From an uncultured Ruficoccus sp. (GTDB lineage: Bacteria; Verrucomicrobiota; Verrucomicrobiia; Opitutales; Cerasicoccaceae): a stretch of 64,000 nt of DNA. The notes beneath the pieces were generated by a model, which worked only from the letters and a program-made list of their open reading frames with translations, was not told the origin of the DNA and searched no databases. The DNA lies in assembly GCA_965140785.1 (NCBI GenBank), contig OZ223484.1, positions 1 through 64,000 of the forward strand, in the 5' to 3' direction. Position numbers and translations under genes: made by a program. Numbering within the stretch: position 1 is the first letter of the stretch; each line of letters opens with the position of its first letter. Shown here one piece after another: positions 30,749-39,878 of the stretch.

Positions 30749-31759
30749 ATGACAAAATACAAGCTAGAATACATTTGGCTCGACGGCTACACGCCGGTGC
30801 CGAACCTCCGTGGAAAAACCCGCCTCGCCAGCGAAGCGCCCAAGAGCCTCGAAGACTGCCCTGAGTGGGGTTTTGACGGCAGTTCGACGCAGCAGGCCGA
30901 AGGCAGCAGCTCGGATTGCGTGCTCAAGCCTGTCGCCCTTTATCCCGATGCCGGGCGCAACGACGCCTTCATTGTGATGTGCGAAGTCATGCTGCCCGAC
31001 GGCACCCCGCACCCGACCAACATGCGTGCCACCATCGAAGATGACGAAAACGCGTGGTTCGGCCTGGAGCAAGAGTACTTCCTTTTCCAAGACGGACGTC
31101 CCCTCGGCTGGCCCGAAAGCGGCTACCCGAACCCCCAGGGCGAATACTACACCGGCGTGGGCTACGAAAACGTCGGCAGCATCGCCCGGACGATCGTTGA
31201 CGAACACCTCGAGCTCTGCATCGCCGCCGGTATCAACCACGAAGGCATCAACGCCGAAGTGGCCAAGGGCCAGTGGGAATTCCAGGTCTTCGCCAAGGGT
31301 TCCAAGAAGTGCGCCGACGACATCTGGGTCGCCCGCTACCTGCTCGAACGCCTCTGCGAAAAGTACGAAGTCGTCGTCGAGTACCACTGCAAGCCCTTCC
31401 AGGGCGACTGGAACGGCTCCGGTATGCACTGCAACTTCTCGACCGAGTACCTGCGCACCGTCGGCGGCAAGGAATACTTCCTCAAGCTGATGGACGCCTT
31501 CGAAAAGAACAAGGACGAGCACATCGCCGCCTACGGCCCGGACAACCACATGCGCCTGACCGGCCTGCACGAAACCCAGTCGATCGACAAGTTCTCCTGG
31601 GGTGTGGCCGACCGTGGTGCCTCCATCCGCGTGCCGCACAGCTTCGTCAAGAACGACTACAAGGGCTACCTGGAAGACCGCCGTCCGAACTCGCAAGGCG
31701 ATCCCTACCGGATCTGCTCCCGCGTGCTCAAGACGATCGCGGAAGTCCCGACCAAGTAA
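30749..31759 (+). CDS. glnII: Glutamine synthetase type II
   Basis: 336 aa; EYIWLDG, WGFDGSST, GLEQEY, INAEVAKGQWEFQ, DWNGSGMHCNFS, RLTGLHET, DRGASIR, EDRRP. Confidence 0.95.
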   Translation: MTKYKLEYIWLDGYTPVPNLRGKTRLASEAPKSLEDCPEWGFDGSSTQQAEGSSSDCVLKPVALYPDAGRNDAFIVMCEVMLPDGTPHPTNMRATIEDDENAWFGLEQEYFLFQDGRPLGWPESGYPNPQGEYYTGVGYENVGSIARTIVDEHLELCIAAGINHEGINAEVAKGQWEFQVFAKGSKKCADDIWVARYLLERLCEKYEVVVEYHCKPFQGDWNGSGMHCNFSTEYLRTVGGKEYFLKLMDAFEKNKDEHIAAYGPDNHMRLTGLHETQSIDKFSWGVADRGASIRVPHSFVKNDYKGYLEDRRPNSQGDPYRICSRVLKTIAEVPTK

Positions 31760-31797
31760 CCTCTTGGCCGCAGCCAGCCCGGCTGCCCTTCCCTTTC

Positions 31798-31831
31798 AAC
31801 GGCGCTCCCACTCGGGGGCGTCGTTTTTTTT
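31798..31831 (+). terminator. Rho-independent terminator of glnII
   Basis: AACGGCGCTCC...GGGGCGTCGTT followed by a T-run. Confidence 0.8.
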
Positions 31832-31977
31832 GTGTCCATAAGCAGGCTACCGGGCGCTGGGTATAGCCAGCGGGCATATCCCCGGCCGGGCTCATCCACG
31901 CAGGCCCCCGTCAAATCCGCTCCCCGTAAACACGAAGCGCCGGACATTGCTGCCCGGCGCCTTTAGCTGACTATCCA

Positions 31978-32084
31978 AATGATAACCGCCACCCCCTTGC
32001 GAGGATGGCGGTATCTGTTTCTACCCCAAAACGTTCCGGAAAAGGCCGGAACTCCTTGCTAAAACTCGTATTCTGAAAGTTTCT
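31978..32084 (-). ncRNA. Candidate sigma54-dependent small RNA, about 105 nt
   Basis: Minus-strand TGGAACTTATTTCGC (32110..32096), internal hairpin 32033..32052, 3' hairpin 31981..32015 with GCAA loop; no ATG-initiated ORF. Confidence 0.4.
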
Positions 32085-32225
32085 GACTGATATGTGCGAA
32101 ATAAGTTCCAGAAAAATTAAATTTTTCCAAAACCAAACCATACTATTTACCCAAGAACCTTAACCATCTGTCTCAGGAAGCCGCATTAGCGGCCTGCCTT
32201 GAGTGAGGCCGAACAAGTATATCAC

Positions 32226-33107
32226 TTAATTCTGCTTAAAATTGACGAAATTTGCCTCATTGTAGCGGATGGCCTGATTGGACCAGTGCCGCATGTCTCG
32301 CAGTTCCTCCTCGCTCATGGTGCGGACACTGCCGTCCATCATGGCGGTGACAGCCTTATCGTCGTGCCGCAGATGGACGAAGCCCATGTTGGAGGGGATA
32401 TTCTCCGAGTAGCTGCCCCAGCGGATGCCGTCGGGCGAAATGGGCGGATTGGCGATGTAGTAGCCGATATCTTCCCAGTTCTCCGCATACTCACTGAAGG
32501 TCGAGACAAACACGATTAACTCGCCGGGCTTATAGGCGACGTCGGGTCGGGTCACACAATAATCGTGCGGATAGGTGGGCGTCCCCACCCGGTCCCGGCG
32601 GTCGGCATAGGTGACCGACTCTGGCGAGAGCGTGCTACTGCGGAAGTTGCCGCCGACAAAGGTCATGTTCAGGCCAAAGGACGGCGTCAGACTGACCCCA
32701 TACTCGTCGCGGCGCTTATGCAGGTACTGGAAGTAGTCCTGGTGTTCCCCGATGAACAGGCCGCTCGGGCCGTCGCTCATGAGATTGGCCAGTTTCCAGG
32801 GCCAGCGCATGGCCGCTTCCTCGCCCGAAGACAGAACGTGCCCGTCGAAGCCCCGGACGCTCTTCCTGGGCTCGGTTCCCTTGCCCCGTGGGAAAAACCC
32901 GCCGTTATCCTGCGGATAGAGCAGGAAGGTTGTAACCAACTGCCGGGCGGCGGCACATTCGTTCGTCAGAGCGGCATGGTCCTTAACCTTCACCGTAACG
33001 GCGAAAGCCATGCTGCTGAGCAGCCCGACAACCGCGATAGCGGCTAGTAACTCTATCAGGGACAGGCCGCTGCGGGCCCGTCCAAGTCGTAGCGTATTGT
33101 TCCTCAT
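32226..33107 (-). CDS. Prepilin-type pseudopilin with H-X9-DG motif
   Basis: RSG|LSLIELLAAIAVVGLL; C-terminal RHDDKAVTAMMDGSV. Confidence 0.88.
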   Translation of the reverse strand: MRNNTLRLGRARSGLSLIELLAAIAVVGLLSSMAFAVTVKVKDHAALTNECAAARQLVTTFLLYPQDNGGFFPRGKGTEPRKSVRGFDGHVLSSGEEAAMRWPWKLANLMSDGPSGLFIGEHQDYFQYLHKRRDEYGVSLTPSFGLNMTFVGGNFRSSTLSPESVTYADRRDRVGTPTYPHDYCVTRPDVAYKPGELIVFVSTFSEYAENWEDIGYYIANPPISPDGIRWGSYSENIPSNMGFVHLRHDDKAVTAMMDGSVRTMSEEELRDMRHWSNQAIRYNEANFVNFKQN

Positions 33108-33120
33108 GATTCGTAGTCGT

Positions 33121-34461
33121 TTAATTATCCAGTGTGATTTGCAGGCGCATCTGCCGGACGGTTCCCTCCGGCAGGGTGTTGAGGTCGGTCATGTCGGTAA
33201 CAATAACGGTCTGGGTCCCATCTTCGTTGATGGTAGGGGAAATGTCTTCGGTAGTGTAGGTCTGGCCGGAGCCGTCGCCGTTGGAGTTCCAGGTCTCCAT
33301 GTCATTGGAAACCACCACGCGGTACTCCAGATCGGTCGCCACGGGCTGACGGCGGTAGGTCAGGGTCAGGTGCTTGCCGTCCTCGCTGATTCCGGCCTGG
33401 GGGAAGGCCGCCGGATCGCTCATCTCTTCCGGGGTACCGCCAAAGGCGTACTCAAGGAGGTTGATCAAGCCATTCTGGTTCGGGTCGGCATCGGGCTTAC
33501 CGTTGACCTCCGGATCACTGCCGGTGAAGGAGGGCAGGATGATATTATCCTTCCACTTGTCGTAGGTCTGCGGCGCGAAGACGGCCTTGACGTCGAGGTT
33601 GCCGTCGATGGTCGTCACGACGGAGGGGTTGGTCGAGTCCACGTCGCCGGTCCAACGGACGAAAACCCAGCCCGGCTCAGCCACGGCGGTCAGCACCACC
33701 TCGTCGCCCGGCTCGTAGGTGATCCGGGGACCACCGCCCCCGGAGAGCTCGTGCTCAACGGAGCCCACCGCGCCGGTGGCGAAATTCGTGTTGGTCTTCG
33801 GGAAGATGGCGTTGCTCAGCTCAGCCGAGAACCCGTCCCAGGTGTCCAGTGTGGCCCACCACAGGCTCATGCTCTCACTGGTAGAGCCAAACTCGATATA
33901 ATACTCGACCACGTCGTAGGCGCTCAGGTCCCACTCCCAGGCCATGATGCCCTGCCCGTCGTTGCTTGTCAGAAAACCGATATGGGTGTACGCGATCGGG
34001 CCGATCACGGGTCCACCCTCGGTCTCGCGGAGGTAAATGACGGCCTCCTTGTCAGGCAAGCTCCCCACCGTATTGACCTGAAAAACCACCTGGCCGGGAC
34101 TGTAGGCCGGGTCGTCATAGACCAGAAATGACGTGGGTTCGGAAAAGCTGTAGATGCCCCCGGAGCTTTGTATATACCATGCCGTATCGGTCCCGATCTG
34201 TGCCAGCACCGCGTCCCCGTTTGTGCTGTGGCTCTCGGCGGTGGGTGTGTTCACATCCTCGGGAACGGGCGTGTAAAAGGGGTTCTCCCACTCCGTGTAA
34301 GCCTCCTGTAAGCTGTCAAACTGCGCGAACTCACTGTTAGGCAAGCCATCGAAAGCCGGAATAATGTAGTTCTCCCGGAAAAACTGCGTTTCTCCGTACA
34401 GCCCTGTCGCGATCAAAGAGAAAGACAGAACTCCCAGCGCCTGCTTGCCCAACCGATACAT
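33121..34461 (-). CDS. Secreted surface protein: unassigned N-domain, InlB-B-repeat-like module, verrucomicrobial-type C-terminal domain
   Basis: Signal peptide from ATG 34461; YEPGDEVVLTAVAEPGWVFVRWTGD; DADPNQNGLINLLEYAFGG; ends RQMRLQITLDN. Confidence 0.8.
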   Translation of the reverse strand: MYRLGKQALGVLSFSLIATGLYGETQFFRENYIIPAFDGLPNSEFAQFDSLQEAYTEWENPFYTPVPEDVNTPTAESHSTNGDAVLAQIGTDTAWYIQSSGGIYSFSEPTSFLVYDDPAYSPGQVVFQVNTVGSLPDKEAVIYLRETEGGPVIGPIAYTHIGFLTSNDGQGIMAWEWDLSAYDVVEYYIEFGSTSESMSLWWATLDTWDGFSAELSNAIFPKTNTNFATGAVGSVEHELSGGGGPRITYEPGDEVVLTAVAEPGWVFVRWTGDVDSTNPSVVTTIDGNLDVKAVFAPQTYDKWKDNIILPSFTGSDPEVNGKPDADPNQNGLINLLEYAFGGTPEEMSDPAAFPQAGISEDGKHLTLTYRRQPVATDLEYRVVVSNDMETWNSNGDGSGQTYTTEDISPTINEDGTQTVIVTDMTDLNTLPEGTVRQMRLQITLDN

Positions 34462-34486
34462 TTTTTTTGAAAAAATCTCTTGCATT

Positions 34487-34501
34487 TGAAACTCAGTCTC
34501 A
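34487..34501. promoter_or_regulatory. Fur-like 7-1-7 box TGAAACT-C-AGTCTCA (weaker copy at 34517..34531)
   Basis: Near-perfect palindrome in a divergent promoter; similar box at 36664 between hemS and hmuT. Confidence 0.65.
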
Positions 34502-34554
34502 GTTTTATGCGTCTATTGTTATCGAGTCTCATTACCACAGTCAACAACGAACCT

Positions 34555-35256
34555 ATGAAAACTACGCAACTTATCGCCCTGACCGCCGCTTTGCTCGCGC
34601 CGGCTCTTTCGCACGCCGATTTTATGGCCTTCAATCTGGGCAGCCTGACCGAATCCGGAACATGGACTGACCTGAGCAATGCCAATTACACCAGCGGTGA
34701 CGGCTACCCCGGCAACTTCCCCGGCGGTTCCTCCTGGACGACGCCCATCACAGCCAGTGGCCTGGATGCCGATCTCGACATGGTCTCCGGCCAATCGTGG
34801 TTCAGCAGCTCCAGCTATATCTATAATTTCTCCGCCTCGAGCTACACGATCAGCACCACTACGCCGATCACCGGCCTGGAAACGCTCGTGCTCCAGCTAG
34901 AGAACAACGAAGGCTTCAGCAGCATCACACTGAACTATAACGGGGGCACCCAGGAGCTGGCCGCCAGCTACATCGGAACCTACACCGGTACCCATAGCTC
35001 CAGTGGTCCGGAAGGCACCAGCTATAGCAACGTAGATGTCTATCAGTGGGACCTCTCGAGCGTGGTCGGCAGCATCACCGACTATACGATCAACCTGACC
35101 ACCAACGACCACACCGTCTTGTACGGCATCAGCCTGAGCGAGGGGAACACCTACTCCACCATCGCCGTTCCCGAGCCCTCGACCTATGCCGCCCTGGCCG
35201 GTCTAGGCATTCTCGGGTTCGTGCTGCTGCGCCGCCGCAAGCTTTCCCAGAAGTAA
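34555..35256 (+). CDS. PEP-CTERM surface protein of the heme locus
   Basis: Signal peptide MKTTQLIALTAALLAPALSHA; VPEPSTYAALAGLGILGFVLLRRRK. Confidence 0.92.
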   Translation: MKTTQLIALTAALLAPALSHADFMAFNLGSLTESGTWTDLSNANYTSGDGYPGNFPGGSSWTTPITASGLDADLDMVSGQSWFSSSSYIYNFSASSYTISTTTPITGLETLVLQLENNEGFSSITLNYNGGTQELAASYIGTYTGTHSSSGPEGTSYSNVDVYQWDLSSVVGSITDYTINLTTNDHTVLYGISLSEGNTYSTIAVPEPSTYAALAGLGILGFVLLRRRKLSQK

Positions 35257-35291
35257 AGTCATACAGTCATAGATCCCTCATAAGAAACCTG

Positions 35292-35319
35292 AAGGCCGGT
35301 CGTTCGCGACCGGCCTTTT
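35292..35319 (+). terminator. Rho-independent terminator
   Basis: AAGGCCGGTCG-TTCG-CGACCGGCCTTTT. Confidence 0.75.
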
Positions 35320-35508
35320 CTTGTCTCGGGGAACAAAGCTCGGCGACGGTGCAGGGCGCACTTTCCCCTACCCTGGTTATCTATAAAAAAAGAAAAGGAT
35401 CTCACACGGAGGCACGGGGGCACGGAGTGGACTCCTAATACCGTTTTCAAGCAGTATCGATGAAGAGATGGCCCGCGAAGTCACGCGACAAGACTCCCCC
35501 CCGGCCAC

Positions 35509-35541
35509 AAAAAACCGCGGGCCGTTGCGGACCCGCGGTTT
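35509..35541 (-). terminator. Terminator of hemS
   Basis: AAACCGCGGG...CCCGCGGTTT with A6 on the left (U-tract on the minus strand). Confidence 0.75.
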
Positions 35542-35573
35542 GCACAGTAAAGATCAGGGAGGCTGATCAAATA

Positions 35574-36647
35574 TTACCCAATGGCCTTGAGGAGTTCGCG
35601 CCAGCTCTCCAGTTCGGGGCTGCCGGGCTTACGCTCGCCGAAGAACTGGACGATGACCTCGCCGTCCTTGTCGAAGACTTCCAGGGAGTTGACTTCGCCG
35701 TCGGCGGTGGGCTTGCGGACGAGCCAGCAGGAGGCGATGCCGGACTCCTTCAGGTGCAGGTTAAAGCCCGGATCGAGCACGTTGTACCAGTCCTGATACT
35801 CCATCACCTTCTTGACCGGGCCGGTGTGGATCTGGATGCAGTGGTCGTTGCCGACAAAGACCATGATCGAGTTCTGGCGTTCGCTGGCCAGGTCGAGCAC
35901 TTTGCGGGCGGCGTTGTTGTCCACCTTCTGCGTAAAGCTGCCCTCGGCCAGGCGCAGGGCCTGCTCGCGGCCGACACGGTGCTTCATCAGCAGGGGGAAA
36001 AAGTCGTGCGTGTCCTTGAGGTTCTTCCAGCCCTCGAGCAGGCTTTCCTTGTCGATCTCGGCGTCCGGGCGGTCTTCCTTGCGCGGGGCCGGGGCCTCCA
36101 CGCTGGCGCCCTGCGACTGGTCCTCGGAGCGGTACTGCTCCACGATCTGGTGGAACGGCTCGATGCCCTCGTCGCTTTTAACGTAAATCTTGTGGATGGC
36201 CGTCCCGGTCGGGTCGAAAATCTGGAGCGAACGGCTGTGCCCGCCGGGGATGGAGAGGTCCTCGACCGCGAAGGCGTGCTGCCAGCCGGCCATGAAAAGC
36301 CGCAGGTCAATGTCCTTGCCGGTGGTCAGGCCGACCTTGCCGCCGTGCACAAGCGGGTGGATCTGCTCGTATTCGCCGGTCTTCTCATGCACGCAGTTGT
36401 CGTTGCGGGTGAGGACCATGACCTTGCCCAGGCTCTTCCAGGCTTGCATGAACGGCTCCCAGTCCTTCACCTCCAGGCGCGTCACGGTGTCTCCGCACTG
36501 GGTGGCCAGCAGTTCCATCTCGCTCACGCCGAGTTCTTCAGCCGCGTTGCGGATCCGCAGTTTGGGATTGGCCTCCAGCAGCTCCGCCCAGCGGGCTTTA
36601 AGTTCCTGGGGCGACGAAGTAGCGTCGGTAATGGTCGTATTCATCAT
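35574..36647 (-). CDS. hemS: Heme-degrading/trafficking protein HemS/ChuS/HmuS
   Basis: RIRNAAEELGVSEMEL, TRNDNCVHEKTG, DLRLF, DTHDFF, MVFVGN..IQIHTG, FNLHL, FGERKPG. Confidence 0.94.
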   Translation of the reverse strand: MMNTTITDATSSPQELKARWAELLEANPKLRIRNAAEELGVSEMELLATQCGDTVTRLEVKDWEPFMQAWKSLGKVMVLTRNDNCVHEKTGEYEQIHPLVHGGKVGLTTGKDIDLRLFMAGWQHAFAVEDLSIPGGHSRSLQIFDPTGTAIHKIYVKSDEGIEPFHQIVEQYRSEDQSQGASVEAPAPRKEDRPDAEIDKESLLEGWKNLKDTHDFFPLLMKHRVGREQALRLAEGSFTQKVDNNAARKVLDLASERQNSIMVFVGNDHCIQIHTGPVKKVMEYQDWYNVLDPGFNLHLKESGIASCWLVRKPTADGEVNSLEVFDKDGEVIVQFFGERKPGSPELESWRELLKAIG

Positions 36648-36663
36648 AGCTTTTTTATAAGTT

Positions 36664-36678
36664 TGAGATTGAGTCACA
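36664..36678. promoter_or_regulatory. Fur-like 7-1-7 box TGAGATT-G-AGTCACA
   Basis: In the hemS/hmuT divergent gap; matches the 34487 box. Confidence 0.65.
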
Positions 36679-36718
36679 AATACATGTCCTTTTAGCTGTC
36701 AGGTCAACACCGGAAACC

Positions 36719-37690
36719 GTGAAAAAGCCTTATCCATTCCTCCTCCAGCATCTCGGCCTCCTGGCCACGCTGCTCATCGCCCCCGCTCTGCACGCGGAAA
36801 ACTCGGCCGCCCCCGCCGTCTGCCCCATCACCGGCAAGACCGGCCCCATGCCCGCCGGCCATCCCGGCGCTGCCAGCCACCAGGCCGAGGCTCCGCAGGA
36901 GAAGGAGCGCATCATCACCATCGGCGGCGCCCCCACGGAGATTGTCTTCGCACTGGGCCGGGGGGATGAAGTTGTCGCCGACGACCTCTCCAGCACTTAC
37001 CCGCCCGAGGCGGCCCGCCTGCCCAAGGTCGGCTACATCCGGCAGATTTCGCCCGAGGGCGTGCTGTCGATGAATCCGGATCTGGTCGTGACGAGTGAGT
37101 CGCTCGGCCCGCCCCCAGCCAAGCAGGCCATGAAGCGCGTCTCCATCCCCGTCGTCTGGTGCCCGGAACCGGAGAGCCCGGAAGCCCTTTACGCTTCCCT
37201 TGAAAAGGTCGGCCAGGCCCTCGACCGCGAGGAGAATGCCGCCGCCCTGATTGCTGATATCAAAAAGCAGCTGGCCGACGTCCAGGCCGCGACCGCCGCG
37301 TGGGAAACCCAGCCGCGGGTCATCTTTTTCATGCGTCCCCCCTCCATGGACCGCCCCGGCATGGTCGCTGGAGCCAACACCCGGGCCGACGCGCTCATCG
37401 TGCTGGCCGGCGGGCAAAATGCCGCCACCGGGGTCAAGGGCTACCAGCCCTACGCGCTGGAGTCGCTCATTGCCGCTCAGCCGGACGTGATCCTGCTCGG
37501 CACCGGTATGGGCCACGGAGCCGGCCCCGGCGATGCCGATTACCTGCTGGGGCTCGATGAGCTGAGTCAGGTCCCCGCCGTGCAAAACGGACGTGTCGTC
37601 GCCGTGCCGATGGACGACCTCAGCTTCGGCCCCCGCCTCGGCGAGGCCGCCGCCCGCTGGTCCGAAACGATCTCGCCCGCCGACAGCTGA
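36719..37690 (+). CDS. hmuT: Heme ABC transporter periplasmic binding protein
   Basis: RIITIGGAPTEIVFALG, LPKVGYIRQISPEGVLS (heme-ligand Tyr), FGPRL. Confidence 0.9.
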   Translation: MKKPYPFLLQHLGLLATLLIAPALHAENSAAPAVCPITGKTGPMPAGHPGAASHQAEAPQEKERIITIGGAPTEIVFALGRGDEVVADDLSSTYPPEAARLPKVGYIRQISPEGVLSMNPDLVVTSESLGPPPAKQAMKRVSIPVVWCPEPESPEALYASLEKVGQALDREENAAALIADIKKQLADVQAATAAWETQPRVIFFMRPPSMDRPGMVAGANTRADALIVLAGGQNAATGVKGYQPYALESLIAAQPDVILLGTGMGHGAGPGDADYLLGLDELSQVPAVQNGRVVAVPMDDLSFGPRLGEAAARWSETISPADS

Positions 37691-37843
37691 TAAGCGCTGG
37701 CGACAGGAGGTGTTTTTAGGACTCCGCCCGGAATCCTTTCTTGTTACGTACGCGCGAACTGCCTTAACTGACACCTTGAACTCAAGCCGCTGCGCGGCGC
37801 CTTCCGCCCGGAAGCGCCCCGCTGGCCGTTCCCGCACCCGAGG

Positions 37844-38903
37844 ATGAATCCCGCCCGTTCCCAAACTGTTAAAACGCTGCTGCTCGTTCTGCTCGGCCTC
37901 TTCACTGTAGCCATCTCGCTGCTCAGCCTGAATGTCGGCACGGTCGAGCTGGAAACAAGCGAAACCGCCCACGTCCTCGCCTACCGCCTCGGTCTGGACG
38001 CGGAAAAACCCTCCATCCTGGCCGACACCGTGGTCTGGGATCTGCGCCTGCCGCGCATTGTGCTCGGGCTGGCCGTGGGCGCGGGCATCTCGCTGGCCGG
38101 CGCGGCCATGCAGGGACTTTTTCGTAACCCACTGGCCGATCCGGGCATCATCGGCGTCTCCAGCGGTGCCGCCACCGGCGGTGTGCTGGCAATCCTTTTC
38201 GGGGGGGTTAATGTTCCAATCCGTCCCCTTCTTCACCCAGTACGCGCTGCCGATCTGCGCCATGGTCGGCGGGGTGGTCGCAACCTTTCTCATTTACCGG
38301 CTCTCCAGTATCGGGGGGCGCACCCACATCGCCACCATGCTGCTGACCGGGATCGCGGTCAACGCCATCTCCGCCGCGCTAATCGGCTTCATCGTCACGC
38401 GTTTCGCCGACGATGCGCAGATCCGCTCCATCACCTTCTGGACGCTGGGCAGCCTGGCCGGAGCCAACTGGCACAGCGCCATCCTCGCCACCGTGCTGAC
38501 CGTCCTCGGCGGCGTCTGGGTGCTCAGCCAGTGGCGCGCGCTCAACGCCTTCCTCCTGGGCGAGGCCGAAGCCTTCCAACTCGGTATCTCCGTCCAACTG
38601 GTTAAGCGCGGCCTGATCTTCGTCACCGCGGCCATGGTCGGCGTGACCGTCGCCGCCTGCGGCATCATCGGCTTTGTCGGGCTGGTCGTCCCGCACATGA
38701 TCCGGCTCAGCCTCGGCCCCGACCACCGCTGGCTGCTGCCCGGATCGGCCATCCTCGGGGGCGCGGTCATGGTCGGCGCCGACCTGGGCGCCCGCACCCT
38801 TGTCGCCCCGGCCGAGCTCCAGATCGGCATCCTCACCGCGCTGATCGGCGGCCCGTTCTTCCTCGGGCTGCTGTTGTCGGCCAAACGCAAACTCTCGATC
38901 TGA
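37844..38903 (+). CDS. hmuU: Heme ABC permease (FecCD family), frameshifted at G7 38201..38207
   Basis: LRLPRI..QGLFRNPLADPGIIGVSSGA (first frame) and GIIGFVGLVVPH..GGPFF (second frame). Confidence 0.9.
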
Positions 38904-38907
38904 CGCC

Positions 38908-39694
38908 ATGCTGGAGGCCCGCCAACTGACCTTTTCCTACGGCAAGCACCCCGTGCTCGACGGGGTCTCGCTCAAGCTCGTGCCCGGCAAGCTCGTCGCC
39001 CTCCTCGGCACCAACGGCGCGGGCAAGTCCACCCTGCTCAAGCTCCTCACCGGCGAGCTTCACGCCTCCGCCGGCGATGTCACCCTGGAGGATAAACCGC
39101 TGCGCACCTGGCACGCCCGCGAGCTGGCCCAGGCCCGGGCCGTCCTCCCGCAGGAGCCCCGGCTGGCTTTTAATTTCACCGTACGCGACGTTGTCCTGAT
39201 GGGGCGCACGCCGCACGTCCAGCGCGGCGAGACTTACCGCGACCGCGAGATCTGCCAGCTCGCCCTTCGCCGCGTGGATCTGCAGGACTTTGAACACCGC
39301 TACTACCTGGAGCTCTCCGGCGGCGAACGCCAGCGCGTCCACCTGGCCCGCGTCCTGGCCCAGATCTGGGAACCGCTGGAGCAAAGACCGCGCTACCTGC
39401 TGATGGACGAGCCGGTGGCCGGGCTCGACCTGGCACACCAGCACGGCACCCTGCGCATCGCCCGCGAATTGGCCGCCGAGGGCGTCGGCGTGCTCGCTAT
39501 TCTCCACGACATCAACCTCGCCCTCGCCTACGCCGACGAAACCGTTCTGATCAGCGGCGGCTGTGTCGCTGCCGACGGCCCGACCGCCGAGGTCCTGACC
39601 GAGGAGCGCGTGGAGGATGTCCTTCGATGTCCGCGCCATCCTCCACCCCAATGCCAGCGGCGCCCCCTTCATGCAGACCCTCCCCCGCGCCTGA
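38908..39694 (+). CDS. hmuV: Heme ABC ATPase; C-terminus frameshifted by an extra C near 39621
   Basis: GTNGAGKST, LSGGERQRVHLARVLAQ, MDEP, LHDINLA; corrected tail reads DVFDVRAILHPNASGAPFMQTLPRA*. Confidence 0.9.
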
Positions 39695-39787
39695 GATTTT
39701 AAGCTTTTGCCCGTGGAAAAGACGTTGACAGCGCCGCCCCGGGCCGGTTGTTTAGCCGCTTACTGACCGCAACCCGGTTGCTGGTTT

Positions 39788-39878
<91 letters not shown>

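Noticed and set aside
429..38293. Long antisense ORFs (e.g. 429..1586, 6010..6996, 15835..17238, 27790..29226, 33010..34131, 35460..36695, 36704..38293)
   Set aside because: Shadow frames of motif-supported genes in high-GC DNA; no recognisable motifs.
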